From Alphaproteobacteria bacterium (GTDB lineage Bacteria; Pseudomonadota; Alphaproteobacteria; JAWKYA01): a stretch of DNA of 64,000 bases. Position 1 is the stretch's first letter, and each line of letters begins with the position of its first letter. Below are positions 1 through 10,477 of the stretch, piece after piece. The DNA lies in the NCBI GenBank assembly GCA_041396725.1, contig JAWKYA010000002.1, positions 52,650 through 116,649 of the forward strand, given 5' to 3'. Under the pieces are notes generated by a model. It searched no databases, was not told the DNA's origin, and saw nothing but the letters and a program-made list of their open reading frames with translations. The translations under genes and the position numbers were made by a program.

Positions 1-1
1 G

Positions 2-739
2 GCAAGATCGGCTCGTCAGCATGGATTTAAGGTTGTTCTTTCTGGTGAGGGAGGTGATGAAATTTTCGCCGGCTATGGCCGTTATCGTAGCGCCTTACGG
101 TCATGGCCTTTCAAGAAATCTATGCGCAGTCGTGGCGTTTTCGATGGCCTTGGTCTTTTACATCCTCACTACGAGCAGGATAGAAATTGGCAGCGAGAAT
201 TTCGGGATAGTGAAGCTAAATTTTCTAAACGAGACCTTACCTCTCTCCAGAAACTACAAGCCACCGATTGTATGGATTGGCTTCCTCATGATCTTCTCAT
301 TAAACTTGATCGATGCTTGATGGCTCATGGTGTAGAGGGGCGAACGCCGTTTCTTGACCGAGAGATTGCTAGTTTCGCCTTCAATCTTCCTGATAAACTC
401 AAAATAAATCAGGGAATGGGGAAGTGGCTTCTTCGTCATTGGCTAGAGCAACATCTTCCCATAGCTCAACCTTTTTCACGAAAACGCGGTTTCACTGTCC
501 CCGTAGGTGCCTGGATGCTAGAGCAGGGAAAGAAACTCGGTGATGCTATGGCACGCCAAGTCGCGATCGCAGAGATTGCGCGGGTTGATGCTGTTCGTAG
601 GCTTTATACTGAACCGCGCTTAGCAACGGATTCTCGCCTAGCCCATGCCGCATGGGGATTATTATTCTATGCCCTTTGGCATCGACGCCATATTCAAGGC
701 CTTACCCCAGAAGGCGGCATTCTCGACTGCCTATCTTAG
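2..739 (+). CDS. asnB: asparagine synthetase (glutamine-hydrolysing), C-terminal part; 5' end lies outside the window
   Basis: The frame is open from base 2 and translates ...VVLSGEGGDEIFAGYGRY... (the ATP-pyrophosphatase SGGxD-like motif of Asn synthase). It continues LDREIASFAFNLPDKLKI...GKWLLR, which is typical of the AsnB C-terminal domain. Confidence 0.8.
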   Translation, partial: ARSARQHGFKVVLSGEGGDEIFAGYGRYRSALRSWPFKKSMRSRGVFDGLGLLHPHYEQDRNWQREFRDSEAKFSKRDLTSLQKLQATDCMDWLPHDLLIKLDRCLMAHGVEGRTPFLDREIASFAFNLPDKLKINQGMGKWLLRHWLEQHLPIAQPFSRKRGFTVPVGAWMLEQGKKLGDAMARQVAIAEIARVDAVRRLYTEPRLATDSRLAHAAWGLLFYALWHRRHIQGLTPEGGILDCLS

Positions 740-746
740 CGTCTTT

Positions 747-1385
747 CTAAATGAAGGGCGCTTCGAGTCCTTCCTGTTGAAGGGCGTGTTGAACAGCAGG
801 CCGCGCTAATAAGTTTTCAAGATACTTCCCCAAGACAGGAAAATTGCGTGGAGGCTTCTGTGTTTTGCGTGCAAAGCGCGACACCATCAATAAGTACGGA
901 TCAATTGCCGTATAATCCTTGCCTAAGAAGAAAGGTCCGTGTTTGGCAAGCTGCTGATCGATCAAGGTAAACATGTCGTTTAGTCTTTGATCAGAGGCTG
1001 CCTTAATCGCAGAAACGCCACTAGAGTCTGCTGTATAACGCTCGCTATACCACCAGATGCTCACTTCCGGCTGAATAGTATTGGTTAGATACATAAGCCA
1101 CGTATAAAATTTTGTCCGCTCGGGCGTACCTATTTTTGGAATTAATCCTTTATCGGGATATTTATCGCATAAATGCAAGCAAATTGCCGCCGACTCAAAA
1201 ACGATCAAGCCATCATCGATCATGGCTGGAATCCGGCCCGTAGGGTTAAGGTTTAGATAAGCCTCACTCTTATGTTCGTTTTTATCGCGATCCACCAGCT
1301 GCAATTGATACGGCACACCCATCTCTTCTAAGAGAATATGCGGCGCTAGATTAGCATTTCCCGGGTAATAAAAAAGCTTGATCAT
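747..1385 (-). CDS. glutathione S-transferase family protein
   Basis: 212-aa ORF with an N-terminal thioredoxin-like GST fold (YYxPGxANLAPHILLEE, NPTGRIPAMIDD) and a C-terminal helical domain. Confidence 0.8.
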   Translation of the reverse strand: MIKLFYYPGNANLAPHILLEEMGVPYQLQLVDRDKNEHKSEAYLNLNPTGRIPAMIDDGLIVFESAAICLHLCDKYPDKGLIPKIGTPERTKFYTWLMYLTNTIQPEVSIWWYSERYTADSSGVSAIKAASDQRLNDMFTLIDQQLAKHGPFFLGKDYTAIDPYLLMVSRFARKTQKPPRNFPVLGKYLENLLARPAVQHALQQEGLEAPFI

Positions 1386-1407
1386 CCCTCATTTCCTAAC
1401 ACTTACC

Positions 1408-4060
1408 CTATGCTGTTGATGTTGGTTTAATTCCTGCCGGAGCAACAGCAGCTTGGGCAGCAGCTAACCGCGCAATGGGAACGCGATAAGGTGAGCAAGA
1501 TACGTAATCGAGCTTCACCATCTCGCAAAAAGCAACTGAGGCAGGATCACCCCCATGTTCGCCACAGATACCTAGTTTTAATCGTGGGTTGGTTTTTCTT
1601 CCCTGGGTCGCAGCGATTTCAATCAAAACTCCGACACCCTTGCGATCAAGGGTCACAAAAGGATCGATTTCAAAAATTCCTGCCTTTTGATAGGTTGCCA
1701 GGAAACTTGTGGCATCGTCGCGGGATAAACCAAAAGTCGATTGCGTCAAATCATTTGTTCCAAAACTAAAAAACTCGGCAGCCTCAGCAATGGCATTGGC
1801 GCGTAATGCTGCGCGCGGTAGTTCAATCATCGTTCCCACAAGGTAGTCGAATTGTGCCTTTGTTTCTTTTTTAACTGTCTCAGCCACTCGATCGACAAGC
1901 TGTTTCATAATCGCGATCTCAGCCTTTGTCGCAACCAGTGGAATCATGATTTCTGGAACGACGGTCTCGCCACGTCGTTGCGTTTCTGACGGGCGAGCTT
2001 CGAATATAGCGCGCGCTTGCATTTCGCAAATCTCTGGATACAGACCGATTCCGACGGCATCCACATGACCTGCTGACGGATTTGATCAGCGCAAGCGCTG
2101 GTTCGCTACGAACTTCCATCATAGAAACCTTTAGCTCTTTTAGCGACTGTTTCACCTCTGATCTGTTTTTTTATGGGTAAGAACTCATGAAGTGTGACTC
2201 CAATAGCTTGTACTGGTCACCTGTAAGTTGCCAGAATTTCAAACAGTTTGATGAAATCTTGGCGTTGCATAGGAAAGTTTATCCGAGCTGCCACAAGCTC
2301 AGCTTCATCCTCAGCGTCAATCCAGCATGCCATCGCATTGGAACAATGTTCTTCGTCAAAAACATATGTCAGGGTGGCAAAAGGCCGATTCTTCCGCGCT
2401 GAACCTTCCGAGCCGCCTGATAATCGGTCGGGTTTCCGCATCGGCAACGAACCTTCATACGGCGCAATTCATCCGCCTAACCATTAGTGTTTTAAAATGC
2501 TCAGATAATCCAGGTTGAATGGTCGGAATAAGACCGCACACCTTCGCCTAAGCAGTCTCTACTGATATAATAATCTGCATCTTCGTCGCAGGATCACAGA
2601 GCCGACTGAGGTGTTTTTGCCGAATAATCGATACGGATCTCCTGCCCTGATACACGCAAGGCCGGCCATACCGCGTGCTACCACAGCGGTACGGCTGGTC
2701 ATGCCACCGCGCGTGGTCAAAATTCCTTTGGCAGCGGTATACCATGAATATTCCTTCAGGGCTACGGTCTCGATCCGCAGCAGTACAACAGCCGCCCTTT
2801 GTATAAGGCCTCAGCTTCATCAGCTGTAAAGACACTTTACTCGAGGCCGCACCGAGATGCCGGTAAACCCTTGGCGATGACCTCCCCGTTTCGCTTTGAT
2901 CTAGGGGTCGATGCAGCAACTGATCAAGAGCTGGATCAACCCGATAACCGCTTGCTTCATCGGATGTTTCCGCTTCCATCTCGATCGCACATCAGAAGCG
3001 CTGTTTGAGTTGTTCGTTTCCCGGGTCCGTGTTTGTAACATATAAAGCTTATCATCCTCAACCGTAAATTCGATATCCTGCATATCGCGATAATGCTTTC
3101 CAAAGTTGTGCGCACATCGCAGCCGTTTTGAAAACCGCAGGTATCACTTCTTCCACCGCTGAAGATCGGAATTATTAGCCTTCGCTTACTCCTTGCAGAG
3201 CAGAAATGCTGCGTATGTCTGAATACTGGCAACGACATATCCTCACCTACATTCACACATACTCACTGTAGAGCAATATTTTCTCAGTCGAGGGGTCACG
3301 GTGAAGCTGACGTTGGTGGCAACCTGGGCCCATATTCCCGAAGACCATAGCCTGGACACAATCCGCAGTGCCCCAACTTTCAGATATCAGACTTACGATA
3401 AATCTGCGCCTGCTGATCCATCCCATGAGTTAAATACTGCACTAATCGTTCCAGAGTTGAGCCTCTTGGGGTCCTGAGGGCGGCCGCGCCCTGGTTCCCA
3501 GCAATCAAAGATTTATAATCAGCAACAAGATTTTTAAGTCCGGGCGTTCTCGTCCAGTTCTGTGTCGAGCCGAACACCTTCGTGGTTTTATGCCGCCTCA
3601 TAATCCTCTCAAAAGACGACCATCTCCAAACAACATTGCTGGTATAATTTTGAATGAAGGACGAGAAGCTATCATAAGCAAAACTCGCAGGGCAAGTCAA
3701 CAATTGCTCATCAGTTCCAACTAAGATTAAGAACTGCATCCATCATGTTGCAGCTGGACAAAGCAAGCAACTATCCAACCGATACAAGAAGAGGGATTTT
3801 GCATCGCCAAACTTTACCCAATGCAGATTCAACTGCCTCCGGCTGTTTGTCCACTGAGAATTCAGACCGCTCGATAAGTCTTTCTGAGCGTAGTGCATGC
3901 CAAAGTAGACTTTGTCGTTACAACCCTGGAGGTACAGGAAGTCCTAACGCCGACACATCTCTGCAAGATTGGCCTCTTTAACAGTTGAGAAGATTTCGCA
4001 TTCCTTGCAATATTCTTCAGCTATATCTTTGCCGAAAGAATAAACCGATTAACACAGGTG
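1408..4060 (-). pseudogene. ppdK: pyruvate, phosphate dikinase, degraded (multiple frameshifts and stops)
   Basis: The 218-aa ORF at 1408-2064 carries only the C-terminal PEP-utilising TIM-barrel ([10 protein letters not shown]). Upstream, PPDK-like pieces fall in different minus frames: YVFDEEHCSNAMA..AEDEAELVAA at 2217-2447; a phosphohistidine-domain remnant (G.TRYGRPCV) at 2548-2979; [22 protein letters not shown] at 2901-3083; and LKNLVADYKSLIAG at 3380-3739. The 5' boundary near 4060 is approximate. Confidence 0.75.
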
Positions 4061-5420
4061 CCCACTTCAATCTTAGAAAATTCAGCCAATGGATTCATGA
4101 GTACCTTCGAATACCAAAGCAACCGCGTAACGATTGCAGGCAGCGGCGGTTCAGGATCGTTAACGGGTTACCTTGTCGAAGAAAAACATCAATTGACGCC
4201 GTAGTTCCGCCATAGCCATCCTGCTCATCTCTTTGCAAGGCAGATTGAAGCCAAGGCCGCGCGGTCAACCTTCATATAGATCCGTTTCTTCCACGAGAGA
4301 AAGAGATTCTTCGCCAGCGAAGATAATGATGATTATCCCTTTTTCTCTTCGATATGCGTAACATGGTGGCGTGCCGATAGCTGCTAAGGAGATTGGCACC
4401 ATCCTCCGATACCGCGTTATCCAAGGGCATCAATCCTCAGCGAGAAGCCGTGAATATCTTCCCACCCATCGCAAAAACAGCTGTGACCAGATCGTAGACG
4501 TGGTGCTCGTTCTTCAAGGTAACTCTTCAATCGATTCGCCAAAATTCCATTAACTGCCGAAATTGCCTCTGACCAGCGTGATTCTGCTCACGTATGCTAC
4601 CAGCGGCAAAGAATTTTCCGGTAATGGCAATTCTGCCGTTTATTTTCACGGATAAGCTGATCAAACCTTGGTGGCCGCGCGGTATGCAAAGCATATGGAT
4701 CTTGAGCTCGTCGGTACTTTCCAATCGCAAAAAGCCTACTGTGCATTCAATTTGTCGGAGAGGGATAAGATAACCGCATTAGGCGAAGGCAACGATCTGA
4801 TGGGCTTATGGCATAATGATCCGCAATGGCTTTGCAACTTACCTCTTCTGGTGAAGAGCATAGTACTGACCCAAGATTCGTGAATTTCGGTACCTTCAAT
4901 CATGCTAGATGAAGATCTTTTCGCCAATGGCCAGTTCGCATACTTATCAATGTAGAACTAGAGAATATCGCCAAGATCGGCCGCCAAAATTCCAATCTTT
5001 TTACTATCCAGGACCGCACTCTAGCTTGGCATGAAAGTCATACTGGCAAGCTTAAAAGTGTATCAAGTTTGCTTTTGATCCGTCTCATAAAAAAGCAAAC
5101 CGGGTGCATCGGAGAGCCGAGCGCGTAAAACTCGCTCATATTCCAGCAACAATCAGTTTACCGCCATCCTTGGCGTCAATATTTGCAATTAACGACAAAA
5201 GAGGTACCATTCCACCTGCAGCCATCTCTATCGGAGAGAAGTACTTTGTTGCATTGCGCATAAAAAAGCCGTTACGACTTCAGTGGTAATGTCATAAACT
5301 TTGGTATCGATAAGTCAAATCAGGGCTACCACACTTTACGAGTCCGATAACCTCTTCCATCAGACTCCTGGATCGTCGCGAAGACGCAAATCCGATGACA
5401 AAGTTTTCTTGAAGTTGCAT

Positions 5421-6086
5421 CTAAGATCGATTGCTTTTCCGAGCTAATTCAAAATGACATGAGTTTTCTGAAGCTTTTGTTCGTAATCTTGAGAATCCGT
5501 CGACAGTAAAACTTGCTGGAGACATAAATCGATGCCCCCAAGTGGTGGCGCCAAAGGTGAGACTCTTGCCACCCCCCATATCGATACTCCCTGGCACTAC
5601 CTTATTATCAAACAGAGCAATGATAGAGTGCAGTGGCCGAACCCAGGTTTGAGTTTGAGCACCAAACTTCATTGATTTTGGCCATGGAAATTCACGGATG
5701 GATTTTACAATCAGTTCCGCCAGCAAATCTGTCGTCGCTTGGCCCTTAACGGTTTTCGACGAAAATAAGAAAGTTACCCCTTTGATATCGCGTTTTTCAC
5801 ATACATCTAGAGTCGTTTCTGCTGAGCGCAGAAATCCCTCGATGGCATTCGGGGGCGCATCGATACGCGGTCCTTTCCGTTCCACCGTACGATCGGATTG
5901 AACCACTGGAAGGCCATCGATAGTCACAACCAGTCGCCGTGGCGTCACATAACTTGCTGTATGTGAAAAAGTCACCCCGGCTTCTGTTAAACCAGTGGCT
6001 AGCAAACGACACAAATCCTCAGCGGCTTTTACTTGCATTCGCGCTGGGATCTCTTCACCGAATAATTCAAGAAAAAACTGAGGCAT
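5421..6086 (-). pseudogene. glyS: glycyl-tRNA synthetase beta subunit, N-terminal ~220 aa only; the remainder downstream is degraded
   Basis: The ORF starts [18 protein letters not shown] (the canonical GlyS N-terminus) but ends after 221 aa, whereas a full GlyS is about 690 aa. No minus-strand ORF of 60 aa or more continues it between about 4100 and 5420. Confidence 0.7.
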
Positions 6087-7060
6087 TACGCGCTTCCACC
6101 CGCCAGTTCAAGGGTAGCAGGCCAATTACCGTGACCACGACTAGCCAAATAGGCTTCACAGCAGGCTTTGGCTAAGGTACGAACTCGGCCGATATAAGCT
6201 TGACGCTCGGTAACGCTAATGGCGCCACGTGCATCCAAGAGATTAAAGAGATGGGATGCCTTAATACATTGATCATAGGCCGGCAGAGCGACCTTTGCCT
6301 CTAGGAACTCTTTGCAGTTTAACTCTGCTTCTTCAAACTGACGTAAGAGCCGACTGGTATTCGTTAGTTCAAAATTATGTCGTGAGAATTCAACCTCAGC
6401 TTGATGATAAATGTCGCCATAAGTTTTTTTATCCTGCGTATTATCGTCTGGCTCGAAATTCCAGCGAAGATCGTATACGTTTTCGATGCCCTGAACATAC
6501 ATAGCGAGGCGTTCAAGACCGTAAGTTAATTCAGTCGACGCTGGGTTGCATTCAAGACCACCGACTTGCTGAAAATAAGTGTATTGTCCTACCTCCATAC
6601 CATCGCACCAAACTTCCCACCCTAAGCCCCAGGCTCCCAAGGTAGGGCTTTCCCAATCATCTTCAACAAAGCGGATATCATGAAGAGATGTATCGATCCC
6701 AAGCTCACGCAATGAATCGAGAAATAGCTGCTGACTGTTTTCTGGCGATGGTTTCAGGATAACTTGAAACTGATAATAGTGTTGAAGGCGGTTTGGATTC
6801 TCCCCATAGCGCCCATCGCCAGGCCGCCGGGAGGGTTGTACATAAGCGGCACTCCAAGACTCGGGTCCTAAGGCACGTAGCGTTGTCGCCCAATGGAAGG
6901 TACCAGCGCCCACTTCCATGTCATAAGGCTGCAGGATAACGCAGCCCTTTGCCGCCCAATAGCTCTGCAATCTTAAGATCAAGGCCTGAAAACTGGTCTC
7001 TTGTGTCGGGTGATCCGAAGGAAGAGATCTGCGCGGCGATGGTATAATGGCGGACGTCAT
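6086..7060 (-). CDS. glyQ: glycyl-tRNA synthetase alpha subunit
   Basis: 324-aa ORF with strong GlyQ similarity ([37 protein letters not shown]...[12 protein letters not shown]...[22 protein letters not shown]). Its start overlaps the glyS start region. Confidence 0.9.
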   Translation of the reverse strand: MTSAIIPSPRRSLPSDHPTQETSFQALILRLQSYWAAKGCVILQPYDMEVGAGTFHWATTLRALGPESWSAAYVQPSRRPGDGRYGENPNRLQHYYQFQVILKPSPENSQQLFLDSLRELGIDTSLHDIRFVEDDWESPTLGAWGLGWEVWCDGMEVGQYTYFQQVGGLECNPASTELTYGLERLAMYVQGIENVYDLRWNFEPDDNTQDKKTYGDIYHQAEVEFSRHNFELTNTSRLLRQFEEAELNCKEFLEAKVALPAYDQCIKASHLFNLLDARGAISVTERQAYIGRVRTLAKACCEAYLASRGHGNWPATLELAGGSA

Positions 7061-7135
7061 GGCTCTAATTCTACCTATCGGTTGTGCGCCGCACCATACC
7101 TGTGGTGGCCTATCAATTCAACGCCGTCCGTATCT

Positions 7136-7360
7136 TTAATAAGGACACCCCTTTTGCCCACAATTTTTCAATTTCGTAGCAACGACATAGACCTTACAAA
7201 CCGGACATTCGATGGTCTCCTGGGATGATCCGCGGCCGAATTTCGGTGGCGGCTGCCGATTTTGTGAGCGCGGTTTCCCGCCCCATAAACGGTAGCTATA
7301 CCAGATAATTCCTACCAGTAAGGCTAGTAGTATCAATTTTGATAAAGATAATCCAAACAT
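7136..7360 (-). CDS. hypothetical small membrane protein with a C-terminal CxxC...C zinc-ribbon-like motif
   Basis: 74-aa ORF with an N-terminal hydrophobic helix (LILLALLVGIIWYSY) and C-terminal CPVCKVYV...NCGQKGCPY. No family is recognised confidently. Confidence 0.4.
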   Translation of the reverse strand: MFGLSLSKLILLALLVGIIWYSYRLWGGKPRSQNRQPPPKFGRGSSQETIECPVCKVYVVATKLKNCGQKGCPY

Positions 7361-7387
7361 AAGACAGACTCTGCGCAGGATAATAGC

Positions 7388-8167
7388 TTAAAGCAAGAGA
7401 GCAGTGCCGCCACGTAATACGGCCTCTGCTTCTGGTGTATATTCACCACCAGCTTGATGCAAGGTGAGGCCTGCCGCTAATCGTAAAGGGGCCTTTTTCC
7501 CTACGATCACCTGAACCAAGATACGCTTAGCATCTCTACATATACCATCGCGCCTACGGCCTGGCCATAAGGGATAGATCACAATACTTCCCATTTCTTT
7601 CTGAGTTAAAATGGATAAAATGTCCCCTAAGCGATCCGCGCGATGGATAAGAGTGAGACTCCCCTTAGGTTTCAGATATGTCATCGCTGTTTTCACAAAG
7701 ATTGCTAGATCCGCTGTGCTTTCTTGGTGAGCTAGCTGTTTTTGTGCGTGATGCGGGGCTGAAAATTTTTCTCCCACAAGATAAGGTGGATTTGCCATAA
7801 CGTGATCAAATCCATCGCTCAAGGAGCGAGTTGCGGAGGAAGGCGGTGCGGCGATATCCCCCACGAAGATATGCAAACGTTGATGGACATTGTTACGAAG
7901 TGCGTTCTGCTGAGCTAAATCCGCAATAAGTGGATCAATCTCAATACCGACTACCTCAATCTTGGGTACTCTCGCGAGAAGACATAAGGCCGCCGCTCCG
8001 GTTCCGACCCCTAAATCAAGAATTCTATCGCCCGAGTGCGCTGCAACTGCGGCTGCTAAAAATACAGGATCTACTGCGACACGATAACCCTGATGCGGCT
8101 GCTCAAGTGCGACTCTACCGTTCAAAAGATGATCCACTGTTGTCTTAACGCTATTCGGTTGGCTCAT
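7388..8167 (-). CDS. SAM-dependent methyltransferase, tRNA1(Val) m6A37 methyltransferase (TrmN6/YfiC)-like
   Basis: Contains a DLGVGTGAAAL SAM-binding motif and the NPPY motif (VMANPPYLVGE) that characterises N6-adenine/N5-glutamine methyltransferases. Confidence 0.7.
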   Translation of the reverse strand: MSQPNSVKTTVDHLLNGRVALEQPHQGYRVAVDPVFLAAAVAAHSGDRILDLGVGTGAAALCLLARVPKIEVVGIEIDPLIADLAQQNALRNNVHQRLHIFVGDIAAPPSSATRSLSDGFDHVMANPPYLVGEKFSAPHHAQKQLAHQESTADLAIFVKTAMTYLKPKGSLTLIHRADRLGDILSILTQKEMGSIVIYPLWPGRRRDGICRDAKRILVQVIVGKKAPLRLAAGLTLHQAGGEYTPEAEAVLRGGTALLL

Positions 8168-8293
8168 TACGCAATACCGTCATCCAATAAGGTAGTCCGC
8201 GACTTTCCGCCTCTTGACCTACTCCATAGCTATTCTATGCTTTCGTTCCGATCATGGGTCAAGTCATGACCTAAATCCTTCTGCAAGGAGACG

Positions 8294-9322
8294 ATGATGG
8301 CTTTGGTGGTCAGTCTCGAGAGCCAGCGCAATCTCGCTTCATCGCTTACAGCGATGGATCAATTGACGACTCTTGTTGGACAGGATCTTGACAAAGTTAA
8401 CAGTCTCATTGTCGAGAAGATGACAAGTCGTGTCCCGCTTATCCCGCAAGTAGCAGGGTATATAATTGCTGCGGGTGGTAAACGGCTCAGGCCGATGTTA
8501 ACCTTAGCTGCAGCGCGCCTTTGTGGTTATACTGGAGACCGGGCTTATGGTCTTGCTGGTGCCATAGAATTTCTGCATACCGCAACATTACTTCACGATG
8601 ATGTCGTGGATGAGAGCGCTTTGCGCCGCGGCCAAGATAGTGCCAATGCTGTGTGGGGAAACAAGCCATCTGTCCTAGTTGGTGATTTCCTGTTTAGTCG
8701 CGCCTTCCAAATTATGGTTGCGGATGGTGACCGTGCGGTTCTTAAAATCCTCTCAGATGCCTCCGCCATTATAGCTGAAGGAGAGGTTTTACAACTCTTG
8801 ACCGCTAACGATACAGAAACCTCCGAAAGCGACTATCTGGAGGTTATTCAAGCAAAGACTGCCGCTCTGTTTGCTGCAGCGTGCGAACTTGGTGCTGTAG
8901 TTGGCGATGTAAAACGCGTCGCACGCGAAGCTTTACGTAGCTATGGATTTAATCTTGGAATTGTATTTCAACTTATCGACGATGTTTTGGATTATGCACC
9001 AGCGCAAACTGACCTTGGCAAAACCCAAGGTGACGATTTTCGCGACGGCAAAATGACTTTGCCGGTTATCCTTGCTTTTCGTCGAGGCACCCAAGAAGAA
9101 CGAGATTTCTGGCGCCGCACAATGCAAACGCAAAGCCACGAAAATGCGGACTTCGATCATGCGTTAACCCTACTTAAAAAGCACGATGCTTTACGCGATA
9201 CTATTAAACGCGCCCGTCACTATGGCGCTATTGCTCGGGATGCACTGGGTATATTCCCGGATAGCGAGATTAAGTCTGCTCTTACGGGCATCGTCGACTT
9301 TTGCATCGGGCGCGCGACTTAG
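8294..9322 (+). CDS. ispB: octaprenyl-diphosphate synthase (polyprenyl synthetase)
   Basis: Both DDxxD motifs are present (LLHDDVVDES and FQLIDDVLDY). It aligns along its full length with alphaproteobacterial IspB. Confidence 0.9.
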   Translation: MMALVVSLESQRNLASSLTAMDQLTTLVGQDLDKVNSLIVEKMTSRVPLIPQVAGYIIAAGGKRLRPMLTLAAARLCGYTGDRAYGLAGAIEFLHTATLLHDDVVDESALRRGQDSANAVWGNKPSVLVGDFLFSRAFQIMVADGDRAVLKILSDASAIIAEGEVLQLLTANDTETSESDYLEVIQAKTAALFAAACELGAVVGDVKRVAREALRSYGFNLGIVFQLIDDVLDYAPAQTDLGKTQGDDFRDGKMTLPVILAFRRGTQEERDFWRRTMQTQSHENADFDHALTLLKKHDALRDTIKRARHYGAIARDALGIFPDSEIKSALTGIVDFCIGRAT

Positions 9323-9448
9323 CAGCTACTTTTCTTTTTGTTCCTTTTTCGCTTTTTCTTTAATTTACAATCTCTTTAGCATTAGGGGTTGCTTCGCAAC
9401 AAGATCGCGCTACCCTTGTTCAAACCTAAGGCTTTCGGGGTCTGGGCA

Positions 9449-10267
9449 ATGAAATATATTTCCTATCTTATCGCCGTAATACTGTTCTTTGGGGTTGCTG
9501 AAGCTAAGGCTGAGAGTGTTGATCTTGAGCTTGTCCTAGCAGTGGACGTATCGCGGAGTGTGGATGCTACCGAAGCTAAACTTCAAAGAGATGGATACAT
9601 TGCCGCACTTCGTGATCCGCGTGTTCATGCTGCAATTAAATCTGGGTTCAACAGAAAGATCGCCGTTCTTTACTTAGAATGGGCAGGATACGGAAATACG
9701 CACATCGCCGTCAATTGGTCATCTATCGCCAACCTTGATGACGCCAATAAATTTATCGCGCAGCTCATAAAGGCAGAACCCGTCTCCGCGTCGCGTACGT
9801 CCATTAGCGGTGCTATAGAGTCGGCGATCCCTCTTTTTGATAATAATGGTTATGAAGGCGAGCGCCGAGTCATTGATATATCCGGTGATGGTCCAAACAA
9901 TACAGGGCCTTTAGTTACAGTCGCTCGCGATGCCGCGCTCAAGAGAGGAATCACCATCAACGGGCTCCCTATTCTGGATGACAAGCCTTCTTTTGGCTAT
10001 CCTGCTATCGTTAATCTCGATCTTTATTATGAGAACTGCGTTATTGGTGGAAATGGTGCCTTTGTCGTTGTGGCAGAGAACTTCACCGCCTTTGGTGAGG
10101 CGATTTTGCGGAAGCTTATTCTGGAAATCGCGGCCCGACCTATGCAAGGCCATCCGAGTTCCCATGTTCTTTACGGCCAGAGATTGCCTCGCATGCTTAT
10201 TGCCGATAAACGAACTCCGCCTCCTTGCGATATTGGCGAACTGCAATGGCGACGGATGGTCCAATAG
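9449..10267 (+). CDS. DUF1194 (vWA-like) domain protein, secreted
   Basis: Signal peptide MKYISYLIAVILFFGVAEA, then DLELVLAVDVSRSVD...IDISGDGPNN, characteristic of the DUF1194 family common in Rhizobiales. The internal ATG was chosen over the longer ORF starting at 9389. Confidence 0.65.
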   Translation: MKYISYLIAVILFFGVAEAKAESVDLELVLAVDVSRSVDATEAKLQRDGYIAALRDPRVHAAIKSGFNRKIAVLYLEWAGYGNTHIAVNWSSIANLDDANKFIAQLIKAEPVSASRTSISGAIESAIPLFDNNGYEGERRVIDISGDGPNNTGPLVTVARDAALKRGITINGLPILDDKPSFGYPAIVNLDLYYENCVIGGNGAFVVVAENFTAFGEAILRKLILEIAARPMQGHPSSHVLYGQRLPRMLIADKRTPPPCDIGELQWRRMVQ

Positions 10268-10358
10268 ATTTCGCAAGAAATACCCGAAGACGCTGTCGCG
10301 GGCCTTGCAGGAGATACACCACAGCGCTATAAGCCAGGGGGTAAAGTCCCAATAGGGA

Positions 10359-10435
10359 CGGAGTATAGCTCAGCCTGGTAGAGCACCGTGTTCGGGACGC
10401 GGGGGCCGGTGGTTCGAATCCACTTACTCCGACCA
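10359..10435 (+). tRNA. tRNA-Pro (anticodon CGG)
   Basis: Cloverleaf folded by hand: acceptor CGGAGTA/TACTCCG, U8, D-stem GCTC/GAGC, anticodon stem CCGTG/CGCGG with loop TTCGGGA (anticodon CGG, G37), variable loop 5 nt, T-stem GGTGG/CCACT with loop TTCGAAT, discriminator A, encoded CCA. Confidence 0.85.
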
Positions 10436-10477
10436 TTTCGCCGCTGAAAATCAGAAGATCAAATGAACCGCTATAAT

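Noticed and set aside
10197-10436. 79-aa minus-strand ORF overlapping tRNA-Pro
   Set aside because: It overlaps a well-formed tRNA and the 3' end of the DUF1194 gene, and its translation is featureless.
10359-10477. Possible integrative element at tRNA-Pro
   Set aside because: No integrase, direct repeat of the tRNA 3' end, or phage-like genes are nearby. The flanking genes are a core ABC transporter and the DUF1194 gene.
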